Shown here: positions 45,777 to 55,868 of the stretch, piece after piece
Layout: the number at the start of each line of letters is the position of its first letter
Numbering within the stretch: the stretch's first letter is position 1
Assembly: GCA_964398065.1 (NCBI GenBank)
Contig: CAYNLN010000003.1
Coordinates: 56,718 to 120,717, forward strand
Direction of reading: 5' to 3'
DNA: 64,000 bases
From: an uncultured Christensenella sp.
Lineage (GTDB): Bacteria > Bacillota > Clostridia > Christensenellales > Borkfalkiaceae
Position numbers and translations under genes: made by a program
Notes under the pieces: model-generated
What the model was told of the DNA's origin: nothing
The model's database searches: none
What the model saw: only the letters and a program-made list of their open reading frames with translations

Positions 45777-46349
45777 ATGTTATTCATAAAAAAACGCGAT
45801 AAAAAACGGGAAAAAATAGAATTTTTGGTAGAGGGCATAGACTTTTTAACAAAGGTGGCTCTAAAAAAAGATTTACTCAATTTGGAAGTCCCCTTGGCGT
45901 ATACCGAGATAAAAAGTTTATCGGGCGCACCTACGTATAACGAAACTTATAAAACCGAAAGGTTTACTTTTACGCAAAGCATTGATTTTTTTATAAAAAA
46001 GTACAATGCGAAAAAAGTAACGTTTTTGCAATCTTTAGATTACTTGCCTAACGATTCCGAAAGGATTAACGAAGCAAAAACACAAGAAGACCCCATAGCA
46101 TATCTAACATATAACGACTTAAACAAGGATACCGTCGTCGCGCTTGTTTTTCCGATTTCATCGGAAAAAAGCGATAACGGATGTGCAATGCAAAACAATT
46201 TAGTCGCATATTTGGAACCTTGTAACGACGTATTAAACAGCGTGTGGATAAGCCCCGTAACAATTGATTTCTATAAACGCCTCAACGCGGAATGTATCGT
46301 TTTAATCGATCACGAAAGCGGTTTTTACGTAATAGATAAAAACTATTAA
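45777..46349 (+). CDS. Hypothetical cytoplasmic protein, paralog family member 4 (190 aa, most divergent)
   Basis: Same length and the same E(I/V)..L.G.P......RF(S/T)F.QS.DF..KK(F/Y)NA core. Confidence 0.6.
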   Translation: MLFIKKRDKKREKIEFLVEGIDFLTKVALKKDLLNLEVPLAYTEIKSLSGAPTYNETYKTERFTFTQSIDFFIKKYNAKKVTFLQSLDYLPNDSERINEAKTQEDPIAYLTYNDLNKDTVVALVFPISSEKSDNGCAMQNNLVAYLEPCNDVLNSVWISPVTIDFYKRLNAECIVLIDHESGFYVIDKNY

Positions 46350-46385
46350 CCTTGTGATTGCACGGGTTTATCTTTATTAACGTAC

Positions 46386-46425
46386 AAAAAGTAGCGGACG
46401 TATAATATAACGCTCGCTACTTTTT
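46386..46425. terminator. bidirectional terminator between convergent genes
   Basis: AAAAAGTAGCG...CGCTACTTTTT. Confidence 0.5.
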
Positions 46426-46524
46426 ATATACTCGCTTTATTTATATATATTGATATATACAAAAACTCCCCCTACCGGCATCAAACGTGCCTGTCGAGGA
46501 GTTTTTAATTACCTTAAAACCGAA

Positions 46525-48630
46525 TTAGTCTTCATCCTCTTCGGTGATAAGATCGTCATAAGTCTTTTTGAAAAGCGTAACCGAGTATTGATCGTCTTCT
46601 TCGTCGAGATAAGGATTGATAATCTTTTCGACGAGTTTATTGATTTCGGTGCTTACGACAGCGTTCTTTTTAACTTCTCTGTAATTGTATGCGAGCGTAC
46701 CTTTTTGAGAAAGGTCTTGAACGAAACTCGTCTTACCGTCTTCGCTGATTTCGTAAGGAGTATCGACAAGCTTGGTGCACATAATGATATGATAACCGTA
46801 ATCGGTTGCGACTATCGTATATGCGCCTACGCCGTTTTCGACAACGAGTTTAGCCGCCGCCGCGAATTCTTCTACGTAAGTAGAAGCGCTCGTGAAGTCG
46901 GAATAAAGATATCCGTATTCTTTATTTAAGCAACCGGTGTCAGTGCTGAAAGCGAATAACAAGTCGTTAAACTTGTCGTAAAGTTCGTCGGTATAAGTAA
47001 CCTTGCCGAACTTATCCGCGTCGTTAGCTGCCTCGAAGTACTTAGCGTCGCCTAAAAGTTCTTTTACATAAGTGTTATAAAATGTTTCGAAACCGATCTT
47101 GGTCGGGGTAACTTCGGTATAAGACCAAGCGCCCTTCTTGACGCCGTTGTCGTCTTCTTCGGTAGTGCCCTGTTTATCCTTGGCGGTAACCGTACCGACA
47201 AAGTTTTTAACGGATTCCAAAGAAGAAACCCTATAATCGCTACCGAATTCGAAAGTGCCCTTATTTGCGTCGTCTTCGCTATAAGTACCGTAATTTAACT
47301 GTACCCAAGTAGTTCTTTGGTCGTAAGCTTCCAAACTTTGTAAAAGGCCCGCTCTGTACTTAACGATGTCGGCTTCGGTAACGCCTTTCTTGGAAGAATA
47401 GTTAGACAAAAGCGTAGATTGTTCGTCGGAAAAACCTATTAAAAGGTTGGTAACGTAACCGTAAGCACCTTGATGGGGCGTATATAATACGAAAGAGGTA
47501 TCGGAAGCGCCCTCTAAAGCGGTTTCGTAAGATTCGATGTCGTTTCTGTACAATGCTTCCTGAGTAGCGTATTCGCTTTGATATTGCTGCCAAAGACCTT
47601 CTTCGGTAAGTTCGTTTGCCTCTACGGAAGAAACGAGCGAATCTTCATACTTAGAAATAACCGCGCTTTCCAAACGAGAAACCAAAAGTGCTTCGAAATA
47701 AGTGCAATTCAAAGAATTTTCGGGGTTATTGTAGTCGTAATATTTATCCTTGTCGGACTTTTTATCTTCGGCTTTAGTCGCCCACTTGTCGCCTTCTTTG
47801 TTAAGACCGTTGGTTTCGAGATAATCGAAAAGTTGACTTGCGGCTTGCTTTCTCTCTCTCGAAGAGTTAAAGTCGATTTTGTAATTATTGAACAAGTACA
47901 TGTTCAAATCGTACACGGAAGGATTAGACGCAACAAGTTCGGTAAACGCAACGGGAACGGTTTCCGCTTCGTCGTATTCGAGCGTTGCTTCGACAACTTT
48001 GATTTCGTAATCGGTTGCCTTTCTTTGTTTTAATTCTTCCTCGGTTTCGTCCTCGTCCTCATCTGCGGTAGGCGTAGTACGCGCGGTATAAGTAACGTCT
48101 TCCTTTTCGTCTTCGTCGTCTTCGGTTTCCTCAAAAGTGGTAACCATGGAGTTTACGGAAGAACGAACGAGATAAAGCGCATTGGCGATTTCGTACTCGC
48201 TCAAATATTTTTCGAGATTTTGAACGTAATCGGCGTTAAGACCTTTGTTGTCTTCGTTTACGTTGAATTTAAGTTCGACGTTTGAAGTCTTTGAAAGTTC
48301 GTATCTGGCAAGTTGGACAATGACCTTGTTGCTTATTACGTTGTCTAAAACTACTTGGTAAGCTTGGCTTGCGGTGTAGCCGTAAGACGTAACGTATTGA
48401 TAGCCGTAGGACATGTAACCGGCGATAAGATCTCTTTTATAAATCTTTTCGTCGTTTAACTTGTTCTTGAGTTGTTCGTCCGTGGTGTTTGCCGAAATAT
48501 TGACCGTTGCGACAACTTGGTCCATATCTCTGTCAACAATGGTGGTAACCCAATCACATGCGGCAAACGCCGATAATACGAACGTTACCGAAAGTACCAA
48601 AGTTACGATTTTTGCGATAAGTTTTTTCAT
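46525..48630 (-). CDS. PrsA/SurA-like lipoprotein with a C-terminal parvulin-type PPIase domain
   Basis: Signal peptide plus lipobox (FAAC). C-terminal ...TDYGYHIIMC... parvulin signature. 701 aa. Confidence 0.6.
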   Translation of the reverse strand: MKKLIAKIVTLVLSVTFVLSAFAACDWVTTIVDRDMDQVVATVNISANTTDEQLKNKLNDEKIYKRDLIAGYMSYGYQYVTSYGYTASQAYQVVLDNVISNKVIVQLARYELSKTSNVELKFNVNEDNKGLNADYVQNLEKYLSEYEIANALYLVRSSVNSMVTTFEETEDDEDEKEDVTYTARTTPTADEDEDETEEELKQRKATDYEIKVVEATLEYDEAETVPVAFTELVASNPSVYDLNMYLFNNYKIDFNSSRERKQAASQLFDYLETNGLNKEGDKWATKAEDKKSDKDKYYDYNNPENSLNCTYFEALLVSRLESAVISKYEDSLVSSVEANELTEEGLWQQYQSEYATQEALYRNDIESYETALEGASDTSFVLYTPHQGAYGYVTNLLIGFSDEQSTLLSNYSSKKGVTEADIVKYRAGLLQSLEAYDQRTTWVQLNYGTYSEDDANKGTFEFGSDYRVSSLESVKNFVGTVTAKDKQGTTEEDDNGVKKGAWSYTEVTPTKIGFETFYNTYVKELLGDAKYFEAANDADKFGKVTYTDELYDKFNDLLFAFSTDTGCLNKEYGYLYSDFTSASTYVEEFAAAAKLVVENGVGAYTIVATDYGYHIIMCTKLVDTPYEISEDGKTSFVQDLSQKGTLAYNYREVKKNAVVSTEINKLVEKIINPYLDEEDDQYSVTLFKKTYDDLITEEDED

Positions 48631-48865
48631 AAACTCTCCTGCGGCGGGCAGACCTTAATTTTCGCACCGATAGATTTCGAGGCGGAAAGCCGATACCCGA
48701 CGGATATTATTTGTAATTTTTAGCGCCTTTTTTGCTTGCGGAAACCGCCAAGCGCCACTTGTACTTGACTATTATACTAAATTATAAGAAGTAAATCAAG
48801 GTTTTTGAGGCGGTATTCGCATCTATTTTTTATTTATTTTATATTTTGACGAAAAAAGTTAACGT

Positions 48866-51800
48866 CTAATTTCGATTTGCAAGGGAATTTTTTACGAATT
48901 CGACCGCCAACGACAAGTTGATTTCGGCATTTCGAGCCCCGGCGGACAGCGTTACGACAGGGTTTTCGGTAAACGATAATGCCGAGTTTTTCTTGAATTT
49001 AGCGAGAGAGGCATTAAGCCCGCCGTCCGAAAAAGCGTTAAGGTCTTTAAAAATCAGCGTGGCGCACTCTTGCGTAACAGTAACTTTAACGACCTCTAAC
49101 TTCCTTGCAAGATACTTAAGTTCGGATACGGAAATAAGATTGCACACTTGTTTCGGCATTTTTCCGTAAACTTCGGTAAGTTCGTTTTCAACCCGCTTTT
49201 TGTCGTCGTCCGACGTTATTTCGGCTATTTGCTTGTATACGTCCATCCTCGACGAGGCAACGGACACGTAATCGTTTGGGATATATGCGTCGAGACGAAT
49301 ATCAAGTTCGGTTTCGTAATCTTTGGTGACTTCGCCGAGTTGTTCTCGCAAAAGTTTAGAGTAAAGTTCGTACCCGATTTTATCCATATGCCCGTGCTGT
49401 TCTTTGCCTAAAACGTTACCCGCACCGCGTATTTCGAGGTCCCGCATGGCGATTTTATAACCGCTGCCGAGTTCGTTGTGTTCGACAAGGGCGGAAAGCC
49501 TTTTATACGCCGCCTCGCCTATTGCTTTATCGGGCTTAAAAGTAAAATAAGCGTGCGCCATTTTGTCGCTTCTACCGACCCTTCCCTTTAGTTGGTAAAG
49601 GGTAAAAAGTCCGAATCTGTCCGCGTCTATTACTATAAGGGTGTTAGCGTTAGGCAAATCGATGCCGTTTTCTATTATTGTAGTGCACAAAAGAACGTCG
49701 TATTCCCCGTTATAGAACGCCATAATGTTGTTTTCGAGCGTTCTTTTATCCATCTGACCGTGGCAAACAACTATCTTTGCTTCGGGTAAAAGTGAGGCTA
49801 TATGCCCGTTAAACGCATTTATCGTTTCAACGCGGTTGTATAAAATAAAGGTTTGACCTCCGCGGGATAATTCCTTTAAAACGGCGTCGCGTATGGTTGC
49901 GTCGCTTTCTTCCAAAACGTAAGTTTGTACGGGTATACGCTTCATCGGCGGAGTGTTAATCAAACTCATTCCGCGTATTCCCGACAGCGACATATGAAGC
50001 GTCCTCGGGATTGGCGTTGCGGTCATTGTAAGCGTGTCGACGCTGCTTTTAAGCGAACGAAGTTTTTCTTTTGCCTCGACGCCGAAGCATTGTTCTTCGT
50101 CTAAAATAAGCAAACCTAAATCATAAAAGGACACGTCCTTTCCCAAAAGGCGGTGGGTACCTATTATCAGATTGTAACTTCCGTCCGCTATGCCTTTAAG
50201 GTATTCTTTTAGTCTTTTAGAGGAAACGAATCTGTTTAATACGGCTATTTTTACGCCGAAACCTTTAAACCTTTCCGTCGCCGTGCGGTAATGCTGTTCG
50301 CTTAAAATGGTGGTAGGCGTCATAATAGCCACTTGCTTTCCGTCGAGTATGGCTTTGAAGGCAGCCCTGAAGGCAACTTCGGTTTTACCGAATCCCACGT
50401 CGCCCATCAAAAGCCTGTCCATTATCCTATCGCTTTCCATATCCTTTTTGATTTCCGCGACGGATTGCGCTTGATCCTCGGTAAGGGCAAATTCGAAAGC
50501 GTCGTCGAATTCCGCAGTCATTTCGTTGTCGGGCGAAAACTTAAAACCTTTCTTTTCAGCCCTTTCGCGATAAAGTTGTTTAAGGTTTATCGTCATACGG
50601 GAAATGGATTCCCTTGCATGACGTTTTATTCTGTCGAATTCCGCCCCGCCTATTTTATTAAGGTGCGGGGATTTTTCGCCCCCTAAATACTTGGTAAGTT
50701 TATCTAATTGCTCTACGGGAACATATAAAAAGTCCCCGCCGGCGTATTCGAGCGCCACGTAATCTTTAGTTCCGTCCGAAGTCGAAATTCTTTCAGTCCC
50801 GCGCACGATACCGATGCCGTGCGTTTCGTGTACGGCAAAGTCGCCCGGTTCGGGTGCGGTAAAGGTGTCTTTTCTTCGACGTATAACTTTTTTATCCTTA
50901 ACGCCGCTTAAAAAGACGTCGCACGTACCTATAACCGCGAGTTTTTCGTCGTGTAAGACAAAACCCGTGTTTATAAACGAAGGTAAAATATATACGCCCG
51001 CAGTAGCGCTCGGGCTGTCGGTGATGACCGCTAAGATCCCTTGAGAATACAAATTGTCTTTAAGTCTGTTTGCTCTTTCGCTGCTTCCTGCGGCGATAAT
51101 CGACCTATAGCCGCGTTTTTGCCAATTGCCAAGGTCAACGGGAAGATCCTCCGGCTTAGAAACGTATCTCGGAACCGCCGTTACGTTTAGTCTAAATGTA
51201 AGGTTGGGTTTAAAAAAATCCGTAGACGCCGCTATACTTTGAAACGCTATGCCCTTTTTCGATTTTAAAAGCCCGTAAAATTCATTGCTGTCGGTAATTT
51301 GGCGCGAGGTAAACGATAAAGCCTCGCCCGCGTCGTAAAGACCCGAACATCTTTCGAAATGTTCTCTATATATTCCGTTTATCGAATCGGCAATCATTTT
51401 CGGCTCGACAAACACGCAAGTTATATCGCCCGATATAAGTTTAAAAAAGTCCGAGGTCGTATTTTTAAAGAGCGGATACAAAAACGATAAGGAGTAGTCG
51501 GAATAGTTTCCGCTTTCCAAAACCTCTTTAAGTTCGCCTACAATCTGCCTTGCTTTTGTGGTCTGTCTAAGTGTTTTTAACTTTTTAAAAGATGCGGAAA
51601 GTCGGTCTATAAGCCCGTTAACCTCGTCTTTTTCAATTAAAAAATCAACGGCGGGCAAGATTTCGAAACTTCTTACCTCATCTAAGCCCACGTGTTTAAC
51701 CGTATCGAGAATTCTTATTTTTTCAATCTCGTCGCCGAAAAAGTCGCACCTAAAAGCCTCTTGCGAGTTTACGGGAAAAACCTCGAAAATGTCCCCTCTT

Positions 51801-52306
51801 AAAGAAAACTCTCCTTTATTTTCGGAAAATTCCGTCCGCTTATAACCTATTTCGACAAGAGTCGAAATAAGTTCGTCTAAAGGGATTTCCCCCGCAACGG
51901 AAAGTTTTATTTTAGGTAATTTTAAAGGAAACGGCTGCATTAACGCTTCGGGCGCGGTAACTATAAACCTTGTTCCTCGGTTAATTTTGTCTATTGCCGT
52001 AATGCGGGCAAACAAACTTTCCTTGTTAAAAAATTTTTTGTAAAGTAAAACGTCGTCTTTGGGCGGAAGGTAAACGCTTTCTTCGCCGGTATAAGCGTAA
52101 AGGTCTTCGTAAACGCTTTTTGCCGTAACGATATCTTTACATAAAATAAGCACCCTGCCTTCGATAAGCGAAGACAGGTAAACGGCAAGCGGTTTAGATA
52201 CGCCAAATACCGCAGCGGAACTTCCGCTGCGGGTATCGTCGTAAAGATTTATCAAATCTCGATTAGTATTAGGTTGTATATATTTGTTAAGCATAGCCAC
52301 CCGCAC
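48866..52306 (-). CDS. mfd: Transcription-repair coupling factor
   Basis: 1146 aa. It has the GDVGFGKTEVA Walker A, DEEQCFG DEAH-like box and CarD-like region HETHGIG. The mfd-pth-prs neighbourhood fits. Confidence 0.9.
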   Translation of the reverse strand: MRVAMLNKYIQPNTNRDLINLYDDTRSGSSAAVFGVSKPLAVYLSSLIEGRVLILCKDIVTAKSVYEDLYAYTGEESVYLPPKDDVLLYKKFFNKESLFARITAIDKINRGTRFIVTAPEALMQPFPLKLPKIKLSVAGEIPLDELISTLVEIGYKRTEFSENKGEFSLRGDIFEVFPVNSQEAFRCDFFGDEIEKIRILDTVKHVGLDEVRSFEILPAVDFLIEKDEVNGLIDRLSASFKKLKTLRQTTKARQIVGELKEVLESGNYSDYSLSFLYPLFKNTTSDFFKLISGDITCVFVEPKMIADSINGIYREHFERCSGLYDAGEALSFTSRQITDSNEFYGLLKSKKGIAFQSIAASTDFFKPNLTFRLNVTAVPRYVSKPEDLPVDLGNWQKRGYRSIIAAGSSERANRLKDNLYSQGILAVITDSPSATAGVYILPSFINTGFVLHDEKLAVIGTCDVFLSGVKDKKVIRRRKDTFTAPEPGDFAVHETHGIGIVRGTERISTSDGTKDYVALEYAGGDFLYVPVEQLDKLTKYLGGEKSPHLNKIGGAEFDRIKRHARESISRMTINLKQLYRERAEKKGFKFSPDNEMTAEFDDAFEFALTEDQAQSVAEIKKDMESDRIMDRLLMGDVGFGKTEVAFRAAFKAILDGKQVAIMTPTTILSEQHYRTATERFKGFGVKIAVLNRFVSSKRLKEYLKGIADGSYNLIIGTHRLLGKDVSFYDLGLLILDEEQCFGVEAKEKLRSLKSSVDTLTMTATPIPRTLHMSLSGIRGMSLINTPPMKRIPVQTYVLEESDATIRDAVLKELSRGGQTFILYNRVETINAFNGHIASLLPEAKIVVCHGQMDKRTLENNIMAFYNGEYDVLLCTTIIENGIDLPNANTLIVIDADRFGLFTLYQLKGRVGRSDKMAHAYFTFKPDKAIGEAAYKRLSALVEHNELGSGYKIAMRDLEIRGAGNVLGKEQHGHMDKIGYELYSKLLREQLGEVTKDYETELDIRLDAYIPNDYVSVASSRMDVYKQIAEITSDDDKKRVENELTEVYGKMPKQVCNLISVSELKYLARKLEVVKVTVTQECATLIFKDLNAFSDGGLNASLAKFKKNSALSFTENPVVTLSAGARNAEINLSLAVEFVKNSLANRN
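51095..51120 (+). repeat. dispersed motif copy (coding; encodes KRGYRSIIA in mfd)
   Basis: gataatcgacctatagccgcgttttt. Confidence 0.8.
51597..51622 (-). repeat. dispersed motif copy (coding; encodes VNGLIDRLS in mfd)
   Basis: gaaagtcggtctataagcccgttaac. Confidence 0.75.
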
Positions 52307-52320
52307 AAAAACCTGTTAAG

Positions 52321-52893
52321 TTAAATGCGCTTGTTGTATTCTTGCATCAAATCGTCGGGCGAGGCGCCTTTTAAAAAGTCTATCGCGCAGTCGCCCGCTC
52401 TGTCAATAGCCTTGTTTAAATCGGAGTACTGTTCTTTGGGAATTTGCGAAAGCACGTAATCTATAAGCGGAATTTCGGGATTTTGCGGTTTCGAACCTAT
52501 TCTTAACCGTCTAAACTCGTTATTCTTAATAAGCGCCGAAATATTACGCATTCCGTTGTGCGTTCCCGCCGAACCGTGAGGGCGAAAACGTATTTGACCT
52601 ATTTCTATATCGATATCGTCGTAAATAACCAAAAGGTCTTCGACACGAACGTCGTAATACGCCAATACTTTAGCAATGCATTCGCCGCTTAAATTCATAT
52701 AAGTCGTCGGTTTTACGAGTAAAAACCTTTCGCCGTTATATCTGCCCTCCGACAGTGCGCATTTAAGGGAACTTTTAAGTTTGTACTCGAGGTTTAACTT
52801 TTTAGCGACGTTGTCTATTGCTATAAAGCCTAAGTTGTGATAAGTATTTTCGTACTTTTTCTCGGGATTACCGAGTCCTGCTATAACCTTCAT
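52321..52893 (-). CDS. pth: Peptidyl-tRNA hydrolase
   Basis: MKVIAGLGNPEKKYENTYHNLGF and GTHNGMRNI motifs. Confidence 0.9.
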   Translation of the reverse strand: MKVIAGLGNPEKKYENTYHNLGFIAIDNVAKKLNLEYKLKSSLKCALSEGRYNGERFLLVKPTTYMNLSGECIAKVLAYYDVRVEDLLVIYDDIDIEIGQIRFRPHGSAGTHNGMRNISALIKNNEFRRLRIGSKPQNPEIPLIDYVLSQIPKEQYSDLNKAIDRAGDCAIDFLKGASPDDLMQEYNKRI

Positions 52894-52905
52894 TGTTAAA
52901 AACGC

Positions 52906-53856
52906 TTAGTTGTTGTAAATATCCGCCATCTGCTTGTCCGAATAAACGAACTTTATCGCCTTTGCGACAAGCGGAGCGACCGACAAGATTTCGATTTTAT
53001 CGATTTTCTTTTCTTCGGGAAGTTCTATCGTGTCTAAAACTACAAGTTTGTCGATGTAGGAATTTTTAATTCTTTCGATTGCGGGACCGCTTAAAACGGG
53101 GTGGGTGCAGCAAGCGTAAATCTTTTTAACGCCCGCTTTATGAAGTGCTTCCGCGCCGAAACACAAAGTGCCCGCGGTATCTACCATATCGTCGACCAAC
53201 AGACAGTTTTTACCCTTTACGTCGCCGATGATGTTCATAATCTCGACTTGGTTTGCCTTAGGACGGCGCTTATCGATAATCGCCATGGGAACGTTTAACT
53301 TAGAGGCAACGTTTCTCGCTCTGCCGACGCTGCCCATATCGGGTGAAACGACGACAAAATTATCGTCTGCGTACTTTTCGAAATATTGACACAAAATGGG
53401 GTTTCCGACAAGGTGATCGACGGGGATGTCGAAAAAGCCCTGTATCTGTGGTGCGTGCAAGTCTATCGACAAAAGCCTGTCCGCACCCGCCGACGTAATT
53501 ATATCCGCCACGAGTTTTGCGGTAATCGGATCGCGCGGCTTGGCTTTTCTGTCTTGTCTTGCATACCCGAAATACGGTATAACCGCCGTAATACGACCCG
53601 CCGACGCACGGCGTGCCGCGTCTATCATAACAAGAAGTTCCATAAGGTTCTCGTTTACGGGATAAGAGGTCGACTGAATAATAAATACGTCGCGACCGCG
53701 AATGCTGTTAGTGATGTGAACACTTGTTTCGCCGTCGGAAAAATGCCCTACCTCGACGCTGAATAAAGACATGTCGAGTTCTTTTGCTATGGCTTCCGCC
53801 AATGGTCTGTTGGAATTACCGCTAAAAAGCACCAATTCGGTATTATGCGTAATCAT
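52906..53856 (-). CDS. prs: Ribose-phosphate pyrophosphokinase
   Basis: GYARQDRK and DDMVDTAGT motifs. 316 aa. Confidence 0.9.
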   Translation of the reverse strand: MITHNTELVLFSGNSNRPLAEAIAKELDMSLFSVEVGHFSDGETSVHITNSIRGRDVFIIQSTSYPVNENLMELLVMIDAARRASAGRITAVIPYFGYARQDRKAKPRDPITAKLVADIITSAGADRLLSIDLHAPQIQGFFDIPVDHLVGNPILCQYFEKYADDNFVVVSPDMGSVGRARNVASKLNVPMAIIDKRRPKANQVEIMNIIGDVKGKNCLLVDDMVDTAGTLCFGAEALHKAGVKKIYACCTHPVLSGPAIERIKNSYIDKLVVLDTIELPEEKKIDKIEILSVAPLVAKAIKFVYSDKQMADIYNN

Positions 53857-53970
53857 GCTGCCTCCTAACTAAAAATATGCCTTATGTTTATTTTTGTCGT
53901 ACGGAAAAGCCCGTAACACTTATATCATAATTGAAATTGAAATTTAAGTCAAACTAAGTAATTGCCTTTT

Positions 53971-54444
53971 TTAAAATTCCGTATCTTTAATTTTATTTTC
54001 TTTGCGGCGCGCTTTGAAAAAATCCGTTATTAGGGTAGAACACTCCTCTTCCATAATGCCGCCCTCGTAATCGGTCTGCCAATTCAGAACGCCCGAAGAA
54101 AGCAAATTAAACCTACTTTCGCAAGCGCCGCCTTTAGGTTCTCTCGCGCCGAAGTAAACTTTTTTGATTCTCGCGTTTATAATAGCCCCCGCACACATTA
54201 TGCAAGGCTCTAAAGTAACGTAAAGTTCGCAATCGTCAAGCCGCCAACTACCGAGTTTTTTACAGGCTTTTTCGATTGCCGAAAGTTCGGCGTGACAGGT
54301 CGCCACATTCTTTCTTTCCCTTTCGTTGTGGGCTTTTGAAATTATTTTACCGTCCCTGACTACAACGGCGCCCACGGGGACTTCGCCTTTTAAAAAAGCC
54401 TTTTTGGCTTCCTTTAAAGCGGCTGACATAAAAATATCTTTCAT
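53971..54444 (-). CDS. tadA: tRNA adenosine(34) deaminase
   Basis: CHAE...PCIMCAGA zinc-binding CDA motifs. 157 aa. Confidence 0.85.
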   Translation of the reverse strand: MKDIFMSAALKEAKKAFLKGEVPVGAVVVRDGKIISKAHNERERKNVATCHAELSAIEKACKKLGSWRLDDCELYVTLEPCIMCAGAIINARIKKVYFGAREPKGGACESRFNLLSSGVLNWQTDYEGGIMEEECSTLITDFFKARRKENKIKDTEF

Positions 54445-54914
54445 TTGTGGTAAGTCGAATTATTGATAATGGTAAAAGCCCTATAAATTTGTTCTAAAAG
54501 TATAAGTCTTGCCATAGTGTGCGGAAAGGTCATATCCGAAAAAGACAACTTTTTGTCCGCAATCTTTTTTACTTTTTCCGATAGTCCGTACGAGCCGCCT
54601 ATTACGAAAGTAATTTCCTCGCCGCAGTCGATATATTTTTGTATTAAAGAAGAAAACTTTTCGCTCGATTGTTTTTCGCCTTCGATACAAAGCGCGATTG
54701 TTTTTCCCTTCGCCTTTTTCAAAATATTTTCGGCTTCGGCTTCGATAATTTGCTTTCTTTCGGTTTCGGTTTCGCCTTTTAAAAAATTCTCTTCTTTTAC
54801 TTCCGTAATTTGAACGTTAGCGTATTTAGAAAGTCTTTTTTGATATTCTTTTATTCCGTCTAAAAAGTAATTTTCTTTAACCTTACCCACGGCAACAATA
54901 TTGATTTTTACCAT
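54441..54914 (-). CDS. rlmH: 23S rRNA (pseudouridine1915-N3)-methyltransferase
   Basis: 157-aa SPOUT protein (VGKVKE...IGGSYG...LSFS.MTFPH...R..L.EQ.YRA). Confidence 0.85.
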   Translation of the reverse strand: MVKINIVAVGKVKENYFLDGIKEYQKRLSKYANVQITEVKEENFLKGETETERKQIIEAEAENILKKAKGKTIALCIEGEKQSSEKFSSLIQKYIDCGEEITFVIGGSYGLSEKVKKIADKKLSFSDMTFPHTMARLILLEQIYRAFTIINNSTYHK

Positions 54915-54941
54915 AAAAGTCCACCTATAAGCCGATTATTA
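54914..54941 (-). repeat. dispersed motif copy (fills the whole 24-nt spacer between the CPBP stop and the rlmH ATG; supplies AGGTGGA as the SD)
   Basis: taaaagtccacctataagccgattatta. Confidence 0.85.
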
Positions 54942-55847
54942 CGCAAAAAGGTTTGCAACCCACATAACGATGCAAATCAAAAACCCGGGGATTAAATATC
55001 CTAAATAATCAACGAGTTCTTGCTTTTTGTAATCTTTTTTATCGTTTAATTTTTCGCCTTTCGGCATTAGAAAAAGCCCCGCTAAAAGCGCTAAAACGCC
55101 GCAAATCGTTATTATGATTTTACCTACGCCCTCAACCGAAAAGTTGGGGAAAAAGTAATAAATCGTAATTATTATAAAGTTGTTTAAAAAGTGTAGTATC
55201 ATAGTGGGTATTACGCTACCCGACTTTATAGCCACAAGCCCGTAAATAACGCCTATTATAAACTGGTAAACAGTTTGCGCGGGCGACATATGATAAAGCG
55301 AAAACGCCGCCGCCGTAACCAAAACCGCTTGAAGTTTACCGAAATATTCCGCACCTTTTAGCATTAGCCCGCGAAAAACAAGTTCTTCCGAAAAAGCAGG
55401 AATAACGGCAACGAAAATTATAGTCATAATAACGGCAGCCGCCGACTTACCGGGAAGGGTTACCGTGTTAGCGACGTAGCCGAAAAGTTCCAATAAAGAA
55501 ACGAAATAGTCGTTTAAATTGCTAAGACCGAACAGCGCACCCAAAGCAATCAGCGGAATTACCGCCAAAAACTTTTTGCTGAATTTTAAATTTGTTACGT
55601 CGTAAAGGACTAGTTTGTTTTTTCGGTAAGTTATAAAAAAGCCGATAAGTAAGGCAAGACTTATAACAAAATAGTTAGCCGAAAAGTAGATAAGGCTTTT
55701 ATCTAAATCGACCTTATCTTTTATCAGCGACACAATGACGCTCATTATAACGTAAACGCCCATTACCGCAACCATCGAAAGCGTAAATACGGACGATGCT
55801 TTATACGGCGTAGATAACTGTTTTGTAATTTCAAAGTCTTTTTTCAT
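54939..55847 (-). CDS. CPBP-family intramembrane glutamic endopeptidase
   Basis: EELVFRG motif and a downstream HxxxN (HFLNN). Polytopic. Confidence 0.75.
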   Translation of the reverse strand: MKKDFEITKQLSTPYKASSVFTLSMVAVMGVYVIMSVIVSLIKDKVDLDKSLIYFSANYFVISLALLIGFFITYRKNKLVLYDVTNLKFSKKFLAVIPLIALGALFGLSNLNDYFVSLLELFGYVANTVTLPGKSAAAVIMTIIFVAVIPAFSEELVFRGLMLKGAEYFGKLQAVLVTAAAFSLYHMSPAQTVYQFIIGVIYGLVAIKSGSVIPTMILHFLNNFIIITIYYFFPNFSVEGVGKIIITICGVLALLAGLFLMPKGEKLNDKKDYKKQELVDYLGYLIPGFLICIVMWVANLFA

Positions 55848-55868
55848 ATCGGCTAAAACATCTAACGG

